DNA of 48,347 bases, the filler included, from Dimargaris cristalligena (taxonomy: Eukaryota), in NCBI GenBank assembly GCA_003614675.1. It is 2 parts of 2 records of this genome, joined end to end, with 100 filler letters (N's around TTAATTAATTAA, not from the genome) between each part and the next. Parts side by side here need not be neighbours in the genome. Positions count along the whole stretch, not along the records: positions 1 to 24,128 come from ML002594.1; 1 more part is not named here. One strand, written 5' to 3'. The notes under the pieces are model-generated. The model made no database searches and had not been told where the DNA came from. It saw nothing but the letters and a program-made list of their open reading frames with translations. Numbering within the stretch: position 1 is the stretch's first letter; the number at the start of each line of letters is the position of its first letter. Positions 1 through 9,146 of the stretch are shown here, piece after piece. The translations under genes and the position numbers were made by a program.

Positions 1-1125
1 CCCAACAGTAATACTACGTAGGTTGAACTTCAACCACTTTCTAAGTATAAATACCTTCAAGAATCGCAACTCTTAATAAAACATCTCTTTTTTCATTCTT
101 CTGAACTGTACCAGCAGTTTTGCCTACAGTTATCTTAGTTATTCTTAAAGTTCGACTTTACTATCTCTTTGATTATAAGGCATTCACGCCTATTACTATA
201 TTAGTCGCTCTGCCACATCACAACAGAAATTATTTTGTCCAAAATATATAAATTTATAGTATTAATATTTGATTCATAGCCAGTATATATTCGATACCTT
301 TATGATTCAGTCAGAAATTATTAGATAGCTATGGACATAGTGGTTGAGTAAGTCTATATATATCGTGATTATCATATCTCTATGGAACGACTTTTAGGAA
401 AAATATATTGCTTAGTTTCATTCCGTATTTCACAGGCGTTCACAAATCCTCCAATCAGGGAACTCAGATATTTTGGCAACCCCAATTATCACTGTTGTAA
501 ACATTATAACTAAGCTTTGATTTTTTGAAGTCAAACAGCTGAATTCTATACACCCTCCCCCCATTCGTAATTGGGAATAAATACCTGCTGGTATTGGAGA
601 TGAATTACTTCCAAATCTAAAAACTTTAGTTTATCAATCCATCATAGCGGGATTTTAAATGAAAGAATATAATTTCCCATTATCAAGTTTAATGCCTTAA
701 CTATCTCTAGTTTCTTAGTAAACCATAGTACTACCTCTCACTTACCTCACCTTAATTGTACAGGCAGTTCCACTGCTTTCAGCTATGGAGAACGTAGCCC
801 CGGATGCCGTCTATAGCATTCAACATATTGGTAGATTGGATCCCATGCCTGACTACTTTCTTTGACTTACCACAGAGACCACAATTACAGCTTTATAAAA
901 AAATCAACTGAATAATTACATACCATTGTATAGTAAGTGCACCTCATAATTGCTAGTCACTGCTACTAATAGATATCGGGGTAGCCCCAGGCTGTGTTTT
1001 CTGTTGCATTTATTATACTGGAACGTAGGAGCCATCTAGTGATCCTTGTGACCGAGATGGAGTGGTATCACAATTCCCGCTAGCGTTAGGCCACCGCTCT
1101 TCGGTTTGGCAGTTTCGAGGTTGGA

Positions 1126-1941
1126 CTATGGTTGAGTGGGCGGGGTGGTCGTTGGTGGGCGATGGTGATTCGATGACGGTACCCAGTTCAGTTCCTTGGC
1201 CTTGAAGAAGGTATAAGACAACGTAATGGTGTCTACGTCGCGCATGACGGGATCATCGCCAAACTCGGGGTCGATGAAGAAAAAGACGGGCATGTCAACT
1301 TCTTCACCGGGTGCTAGACGCTGCTCCTCAAAGCAGAAGCATTGGAGTTTGTTGAAGTAAACCCCGGCCTTGAGCGGTGTGACATTATACGTGGCCACAC
1401 CGATAATATCTTGATCGCTTTTGTTTTTGGCGGTATAGAAAGCCAGGGCCGTTTCCCCGGGGACCACCCGTACCTCGCGCTGCTGGGGCGTGAAGCTCCA
1501 GTTAAGCTGGTCGGAGGTACTGGCGCTGAAGGTAATGCGGAGTTTCCGTCTCTCGTCGCGCGGTTTAAGTTGCTCGGGGTCACGGCGGTTGGATTCCGTA
1601 TTGGGGGTGCCCCCGATACCGGTCACGGAGCAGAACATACGGTAGAGAGGTACGGAGGCGTAAGTGGCACCCACTAAGGAAATGAAGAGAGCCACGCTGT
1701 ACATCAAATATTTATTATTCTGCTGGTGCCGGGGGTCTTGGAACTGAGGGCGCGGCCGGGGTCGCTGGGGACCAGCACCGGGGGTAACGGGAGGGCGCGG
1801 AGCCGCAGTATATCTGCGTAAATGTCCACCCCATTGGCCCTGGCTAAAAACTGTCGCCCGGACAGGATTCAAAGGCGAAAGCGGTTGGAATGCCGCCAAT
1901 GCCCGTCGTCGGAAGGTAGAGGTGAATCGGTGAGCAAGCAT
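1126..1941 (-). CDS. COX11: Cytochrome c oxidase assembly copper chaperone Cox11, intronless
   Basis: Arg-rich mitochondrial presequence, single TM segment followed by YASVPLYRMFC, and the copper-binding motif YFNKLQCFCFEEQ followed by VDMPVFFFIDP. Confidence 0.97.
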   Translation of the reverse strand: MLAHRFTSTFRRRALAAFQPLSPLNPVRATVFSQGQWGGHLRRYTAAPRPPVTPGAGPQRPRPRPQFQDPRHQQNNKYLMYSVALFISLVGATYASVPLYRMFCSVTGIGGTPNTESNRRDPEQLKPRDERRKLRITFSASTSDQLNWSFTPQQREVRVVPGETALAFYTAKNKSDQDIIGVATYNVTPLKAGVYFNKLQCFCFEEQRLAPGEEVDMPVFFFIDPEFGDDPVMRDVDTITLSYTFFKAKELNWVPSSNHHRPPTTTPPTQP

Positions 1942-2550
1942 TACTTAAGAAACTGACTGTGATCAATGTGAATGAGACAAACGCGGTAAAACAAGTTGGC
2001 GGGAAAGTCAAGCGTAGAGATGGGGATAGTTGAAATGGGCAAGGGCACCATGCCAATGGCACGACGTTGAACACCCTAGTTACGCCAGCGTTTTACTATT
2101 GGGTGAGCTGGAACTAGATCGGCATACCTCGGACTGGCCCACCCCCAGCGGCCTATAGTATATTCTCCGATGGCTGCGGCTTAATTAGTAATTTAACAGT
2201 GACTAATATACCATACGGAATAATATAGGTTTGGTGCACTGGAAATAAATACGCGCTCTCCGAACACTTAATACGAGCCGATCCATCCCCTACCCATATA
2301 AACTGAGTGGTACTTAATTGGCTTTGGTGACGTACCCAAATTTAGTCAACCATCTATCAAATAGGGGTTTTTGGCCACTTTTAGTTTAGTTTCGGTTCTC
2401 ACTGTGCTGCCTACTCAAGCCCCGATGAAGGAATACTCCAACTAGTATATTCTAAAAGCATTATGTCTTAACTTCGTTACTGCATATATTTAATGATGAA
2501 GTAGCTACCACACCATGAGTTGATGGTATTCGCCAAATAGGTAATATAGT

Positions 2551-3712
2551 TTACAACAAGAATCGCCGGGCCAGGGACTTTACACGCTGCTCGAATGTCG
2601 GTGATACGATAGGGGTATTGACCGTGTAGAAGGGATTGCACAAGATCTAGGTATAGTAAACCATCAACACAACAGGACGGTTAGCTTATACATAATATCG
2701 TTTTGACGGACATGAACGTTGCTAGCCCACCCGACTAAAACATACCTGAGGCTTTCATCGATATTCCTTAAACATAGTACTAGCGGCTCCAAGGGCGCCG
2801 AACAATACCCACATGCAAGAAATATATAGACTTACTTTGATGTAAAACTCATGGCATTCGGCTAGAAAGGTCTTAATGTTATCGTCGGCTTTGTTTTCGT
2901 GCAGAAGTATAAACCGCGTATCTGGATAAAGCGTAGAGTTTAAGAAATAAGGTATACAGGTGAGGAAATGGCCATGGATAAAACTGGTGCGGGTAGTCTA
3001 GTACCTCCTAAAAAATGAACCGGTAGGGACTGGGCTGACTGGGTGCCAATTGCCGATAATAGACATGGCCAAATGTACTTACTGCTGGGCGTGACATAAC
3101 AGGATACGTTCAGTTCATTATATTTATCAAGAGTTTTTAGATACCTAGTTGGTGGCAATGTCCAATTAGTAGTGGATTCAATTTAGTATCTAGGTTGGTG
3201 AATAGTTTACAAGGGGAAGGTCGGGGGGGGCGAGAAATATGCTTATACATAAGTGACTAGCTGGCTTGACCATATACTTACAGATCAGTGGTATTCCAAA
3301 CGGCCTCGTCAATGATATCCAGGGCGGCGTGAGCAATGAACTGGTTAAGGTAGCGCGTTTCCTCCTTCTGGAACCGATAAAATGGGTTCGCGAATGATTG
3401 AAATACAAAAATAGAGATGCCTATCCCGGCAATGGGTTAATGCTCTAAGATAACTAAATTGGGGGGATGATGTGGTTTCCACCGGAGTTGAAATTGATAG
3501 AAAAGGGCTAGTATTATACAATGTTTTATACATATATTCCCTCCGTTTCACACTGTCTTTGAAATTGAGTGGCACTAGACGACGCAAACGGTACCGAGGC
3601 CATAACTTACTTTGGCGCTGAGGGATGTGTCCTTAATCTGCATGCCGAATTCGGCCTCGTAGAGGGGTACGTCGTTGGTACCAACGATGGTGAAATAGTA
3701 AACGTGGCTCAT
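2551..3712 (-). CDS. TRS20: TRAPP complex subunit Trs20/sedlin (TRAPPC2), 5 exons, ~143 aa
   Basis: Hand-spliced GT-AG exons 3712-3611, 3367-3282, 3144-3083, 2921-2836 and 2646-2551 keep frame. They give MSHVYYFTIVGTNDVPLYEAEF...YLNQFIAHAALDIIDE...YLKTLDKYN...VSCYVT...RFILLH...NPFY...FEQRVKSLARRFLL*, the sedlin signature. Confidence 0.95.
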
Positions 3713-4226
3713 GTGGGGCCAATGGGATGACACAGCGACTCGTCAAAGATATAGCCAAATGGGTTCGAAATAAGGAGAAGGAAGGTAGGGCGAATAGGGA
3801 TGGAAACTGGTAGGCTAAGAAGTGTATTCAGGGATAGAATTCAAGGTAATAATGTGGGGAAATAGAGTAGTGGCGATACTTTGTAGCGTGATGAGGAAGA
3901 CTCGGCGAATTCCAGTCTTGAAGGCTCTGGTTAACTGTAGCTGTCAAACTAAGCAGGAGGCCAGACTGGGTCAGAATAGGGCAGCTCGCATTGGCCCTTA
4001 AGTATTCTCCTCCTCCTATCCACAAATCAACTTGACCAGTTGAAAGGTTGGTTATCCCAGTGCGTTCTTGAGGCTGATTCACTAATACTCTCTAGACTTA
4101 CCCCGGCTCATTCTCACTGATCAAGCTTATTTCTCTCACCACCTCGTCAATTGGCATTCTGGATCGGATTCTCTTTGCTCCATTCCGCCTCTTCCTTACC
4201 GAATTTATATTACCAGCCCCCCTCCA

Positions 4227-4971
4227 ATGTCGTCCGTAGTTCGTGAAATCTTTGCCCGCCATGGCGCCCCTCCTGTTGCCAAACTACTGTCTGGCCACCG
4301 GAATCTCACAGAGTTGCTTTGTGTATTCGAGAAAAACGGAGCGGGTCGGGAAGTAGTAAGTGGTTGTACTATACCTAAAGCGATTGACTCACTAATCCCT
4401 CGAAGTCTTGTCATTGGCTATTTTTCCTGCCAGTATTCTATGCATTTTTTTTCTTGCCGGCATACATATACATCGAGTTCTTATATGTGTAGAGTCATTT
4501 TCTGACCAGATTAGTTAATATTATGATATATTGATTACCCCAGGTTCCTAAGCGGTGGATGACCCCCGATCACGAAAACTCCTACTATCGAATTGAAAAG
4601 GTGATCCCTGACAAGGTAAGTTGCTTTGGTTTTCTAGTCTGGCGACGGACATATTTAAAGTGGTATATTTATATACCCCTTATACTGGGGCCCTACTTCT
4701 TAAAACCCGTGGTTTCGTAAAAATAACCCATGTTGTATATTGCATTTCGCTGGCCTCGAGTTGCCTCGTTTTCAATCTATTATATTGCCGAATATTAATA
4801 TCTACCCCCGTTTATCCTTTCATTGCGTATTCCTAGGGCTTCAAAAGCGGCAAGATTATGGCTACCAAATTCGTGCGCGGCACTCAAGTCAGCGATAAAT
4901 TAGTGAGCCTCAAGGGGTCACGCGATGACGAATGGTTCATCCGTGATTTCAAACATCAATCTAGCCATTAA
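4227..4971 (+). CDS. MRPS34: Mitochondrial small ribosomal subunit protein mS34 (MRPS34-like), 3 exons, 111 aa
   Basis: Phase-0 exons 4227-4355, 4544-4615 and 4837-4971 with GTAAGT donors and CAG/TAG acceptors. The product NLTELLCVFEKNGAGREVVPKRW..ENSYYRIEKVIPD..SGKIMATKFVRG..DEW matches by eye the mS34 pattern L..LL......G.GR.V....W...YWR...V.PD...GK.......G...DW. Confidence 0.8.
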
Positions 4972-6596
4972 CGCCTCTCCCCTCATACATTTAACCGTTT
5001 TCGGGGTTGCTGCCTAAAATTCTCGCAGCTAGGTGGTGATTTTTCTAGCGCTACATGTACGTTTTGTCTGGTAGCCGCCAAATTCCACCACAGCCATACC
5101 GTTCTATATGCTAATGTACTCAGTAAATCAGCGACCATGGAGGTCTACAACTACACAGATTTCGTGACGACTTCGTCTACCCACATAGTATACTAAATTG
5201 AGAGATTTGAAAATATGGAGTATTGAGTGGGCTTTAGCCAAAGAGTTATGTCCTACGTGTTAGTTATGTTGTCTTGACGGTAAATACAGACGGGATGACT
5301 AAATGTCCGTCTGTCATCGGCACTACCGTTCGAGACCCACTGCCCTATATTTCGAGGCGATAGGGCAGCCAGTTGGTTGATAGCTGCCCAGACAGAGAGA
5401 AGGGGATGTCCCTATGTGTATTTTTAGATATTGTCTGTACCCGTCTTTGGGTCTTGAAATGAGATGGCTTAGGTGAGAGAGGGGAATTGCTAATCCTGCA
5501 ATAGCCCTCCCTAAACCTCCCTAAAGATTAGCGGGACATACGATCCCAACTGTGAGTGTGGTATTGACTCGGGGCCCTTTCGAATACACAACTATGCAGG
5601 GTATACCCTGGACCGCTGCCCTTCCCGCCAAAGCTCATTATTTCTTAAAGTGCTTTAAGCCAAATACTTTAGCATTGGTCTCTCTAATGACCGAAACCCC
5701 GATCTACACTTCGACGATGGGTATCATTTATATTTTAACAGGCCATAATTTTCTATAGTTAGTAGGCTGGATACGTAGCTGTAGTCGAAACTGTAAGTTG
5801 TTTAGGAGTAGCCCCGGCTCCTTATTATGGCCAAAGGCGTTTTCCTCGCATTGGAAGGAGATGTCAAATCGGCGTTTCTCTAATATCTTTTTTAGCAACC
5901 GGTGGTTCCCTGTGAGGTTCGGGGCCTCTATCAGTCAACGAAACTCGACCCCCTTCCCCTTCTCTTCCCTCTCGTCAGTGAAGACTGCCGTAATATCGGC
6001 TACCGACCGCCTTCTCTATAGCCCACAGCTGGGCTATTTTTATCCTCTTGCGGCGAAGGAATAGTAGGTATTTAAGATTTTAAGGCTATACAGCCGTTTG
6101 GAGGCGCCGAGGAGACCACCCAAGTCTAGTCGGGGCTATTGCCGCAGTTCCCGGATAATCGCCCGGTTCCGTGGACTGTTGGGTAGTTTAATTGCCTCGT
6201 CCGTTTTTTCTCTCTTCACCCCTAGCTCTAAAAGCAATACACGGACCATGGGCCGCCTTCTTGTGCCTTGGTGTCTACTCCCCCTCCGACCTCTATTCCG
6301 ACCCTTTACCTGGAGTCTCTTTCATATAAATACCGCACTATTCTCTCCCCATTTGAAAACTCAGCATCAAACAACTTCCTCAGTTTTGCCTTAACATTAT
6401 TCCTTCGTTTTATCCTTTGGACTGCTTGACTGGCCCCAGTTTGCTATTTACCCCCTTATCCCATTACCGCTACTCTGCCCTATAACTGTTGACTCAGGCC
6501 TTTCCAGTCGCTATCGGTAATTCAATCAACCCCACCTCCTAGTCATTGTGTTTTGCCAACCCCCGATTTACTTTACACCACCTCCTTTTATTCGCC

Positions 6597-6887
6597 ATGA
6601 AGTTCAACTCGATCACCGCTGCTCTGGCCACTGTTGCCGTTCTGGCCTTTACCGCCACCACCGTCGCTTTGCCTTCGCCCGACACCGAATCACTCGGTCA
6701 CCCCGTTACTCTTGAACGCCGGGACTTCATGGATTTCTTCCGCTCCCCCGACACTCAGATTAAAAGCCGGGAGGCTAAGAAGGCCGAGTTCCTGAAAAAG
6801 GCCGGTCAGTTGGACCTGGAAATCGAAGGTATTAAGAAGAAGTACAATATGGGAGTGGCCCAGGAAAACCTTGCGAGTTCCGAATAA
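6597..6887 (+). CDS. Small secreted prepropeptide (96 aa): signal peptide, short pro-region and LERR dibasic site
   Basis: ATG in GCCATG context, classic signal peptide MKFNSITAALATVAVLAFTATTVA-LP, strong C-ending codon bias, upstream TATATAAA-like box (~6324) and downstream AATAAA (~7096). Confidence 0.85.
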   Translation: MKFNSITAALATVAVLAFTATTVALPSPDTESLGHPVTLERRDFMDFFRSPDTQIKSREAKKAEFLKKAGQLDLEIEGIKKKYNMGVAQENLASSE

Positions 6888-7719
6888 GCCCACTTTGATG
6901 ATATTACCGGCTTCATTCGAAAAACTCGGACCAGTTCATCCGAAGTTTTCTACCGGGACCCTTTCCCATGTGATGTATACTACGCCGGGCTGGATTATCC
7001 CAGGCATTATACGAAATCGCGTGTTTCGACCTTACTGGGTTTTTACCTTTAACCGCATCTCTTTTTTATACTGTATTTGAAGTGTATTCCATTACAATAA
7101 ATCAAATATATTTTAAAATTGGGCTTAAATTCTGGCCTAATAGCTAAAATGGCCCAAGCCACAGGAAGGCCGATCCATTCATTTAGAATCTTAGTGGGGT
7201 TTGATATGCCGAAATATTCCCAAAGCACAATACCGAGATATGATAGATAGGTTAATTATCCCAGTAAGGATACGAAGCGGAAGAGTCACAAGGCGGTAAA
7301 TCGAGCTCTCCGCGATGCTACTTGTTAGGTGGATTTTGACCAGCGCGAATGTTTAGAATCGTATATCACAGAACATGCCAGATGGTACTCGGAAGGAGGT
7401 GTATTTCAATAAACTAAATATAGCTATCTTTGACGGGCAATTCATGTTGAGTGTCTAATGCGAGTTTAAATTAGATATTTCCTTACTTTACCCTTTACCC
7501 TTTACCCCTGCTATATGTACTAAACGCACCCTAAAACAATAGGAAATTCCTTGGGTACTGTTCTGGACTCACCAAGCAGGGTACCGCTTGCTAATTGGTA
7601 TTCTAATCCAATGAACAGTGCAGTTTGTCTCAACATCCCCTTTTTCACCTAATATATCCCTATCATCGAAGCACGTTACCGCTCAAAACAAAGGTTTATC
7701 TGTTTAGTTCAGCTTGGGA

Positions 7720-7863
7720 ATATGGATGAAATTCAGCCCAGCTATATAAGGGTTTACATTATATGTGTTTGGGAGAATATATGGGAAATGTATTTTTAAC
7801 TAGTAATATCAGCCGAATCTAATGGATTTTTCGTTATACAGCTTGGATGAACTTCTCCCATAT
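7720..7863. mobile_element. MITE-like non-autonomous element, copy A (~144 bp, ~31-bp imperfect TIRs)
   Basis: Left end ATATGGATGAAATTCAGCCCAGCTATATAAG versus the reverse complement of the right end ATATGGGAGAAGTTCATCCAAGCTGTATAAC. A second, inverted copy lies at 24070-24317. Confidence 0.75.
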
Positions 7864-8069
7864 GGTTGTGTTGAGAGTGGAAAAAATAGTGCGATTGGGC
7901 TAGAGTGGATTATACGGACTAACGAAAGAGCAAAACGACATACAATTACAAGGGGAAGTGGATAACAAAAAGCATATGATATCAAAGATTCCACGGGGGA
8001 ATTCAACTAATCAAACGATAAACGTCGGACTAAAACCCGGGGGCAGTGCGCAAAAAAATCAAGTACATA

Positions 8070-9146
8070 TCAACGAGTGTGGAAAAGCGGCAATTCGGCG
8101 CCAATATGGGATCGGCGGTAGAGGGCATCTTTGAAATGACTATTGGATTGCCCCATACCTGCTCTAGTTGAGCCTGGTGGAAGGTTGGATTTAACCAAAG
8201 GTGTTGGGCCGTGACAGACTGAACGGCCAGGCAGGGATATGAATTGGCATGAGGGATTTAAACCCAACGAAGAAGATTCTTGACCTGGGTTTGATCGCAA
8301 GTTTGATCGTAAAGGAGGAGGAGAAGGGATACAACCGATTTCCGCTGATTGGGCTTTGTTAATACGGGGCACACGGGATAAATGGTTCGTATATGAGAGG
8401 GAGCGGGTAAGAGGGGTAATAGGGCTTGTCAAGGAGGTAGTAGGGGGGGAATGGCGATTTGCAACAGGGGGAATGGTTGAGGTATCAGAGGGTACCCGGT
8501 GCCGAAGGGTAAGGCGATTGAGGGAAGCCGCCAGCCGATCTTCCGATTGCTGATACGTAAATGCCGACGGGGCCTTGGGCCGGCGGATCGGAGCCGCTGG
8601 GGTTCCCGCGGGTGGAATAGGGGTCGGAAGTCGCCGGCGGGAATGGGTCACAGGCACGGGCGGCCGGTGCCGTTGGGGATCAAAGTTGATAAGCGATTTA
8701 TCCGGGGCTTCCGGACAACTAGTCGATAGATCCAGCTCAGCATTTTCTTTATCCGACAGGAAATCGAGGGACCTGGCAGCAGTTACCTGGAGAGCAGGAG
8801 TGGGTGGTCGAGACCGAGACCGAAACCGAAACCGACGAGTAGACGGCGGTGAGCTATCGGATAAACCAATTCGACTATCCCTTACCGGTGGGCGCTTGCC
8901 CAGACTGCTCGAAACTTTGGGCAGGGCCACGGGGGGGCGGTCGCTTTGGGAATGGTCGGTTTTGAGTGTTAATATCCGTACGGGGTACGTCAGGGGCGAT
9001 TTGGTAGACGTTGAAACTCGAGGCTCGGAATGGAGCAAGGGGACCGGGACAGGATCAATATACACTTGGAACCGGAGCGGTTTGGCGGGTGGCTCCAAAG
9101 AAGCCTTGGTTGGTAGCACCGTACGAGACACCTTTGAGGGATGCAT
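8070..9146 (-). CDS. Pro/Ser/Arg-rich intrinsically disordered protein (358 aa) with ABBA-like and KEN motifs
   Basis: Long ATG-initiated ORF preceded by a pyrimidine-rich leader. Contains FQVYID (aa 26-31) and DKENAE; no folded domain recognised. Confidence 0.7.
   Translation of the reverse strand: MHPSKVSRTVLPTKASLEPPAKPLRFQVYIDPVPVPLLHSEPRVSTSTKSPLTYPVRILTLKTDHSQSDRPPVALPKVSSSLGKRPPVRDSRIGLSDSSPPSTRRFRFRSRSRPPTPALQVTAARSLDFLSDKENAELDLSTSCPEAPDKSLINFDPQRHRPPVPVTHSRRRLPTPIPPAGTPAAPIRRPKAPSAFTYQQSEDRLAASLNRLTLRHRVPSDTSTIPPVANRHSPPTTSLTSPITPLTRSLSYTNHLSRVPRINKAQSAEIGCIPSPPPLRSNLRSNPGQESSSLGLNPSCQFISLPGRSVCHGPTPLVKSNLPPGSTRAGMGQSNSHFKDALYRRSHIGAELPLFHTR

Noticed and set aside
1..1100. AT-rich stretch with a vaguely protein-like minus-strand frame (possible pseudogene)
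   Set aside because: Stop density (~1 per 10 codons) is what random AT-rich DNA gives, CpGs are still present, and no domain was recognised.
5326..5340. GTTCGAGACC resembling a tRNA T-loop/B-box
   Set aside because: No cloverleaf or A-box can be built around it.
7487..7507. (TTTACCC)x3 telomere-like repeat
   Set aside because: Only three units, interstitial, and not the TTAGGG motif; compatible with simple slippage.
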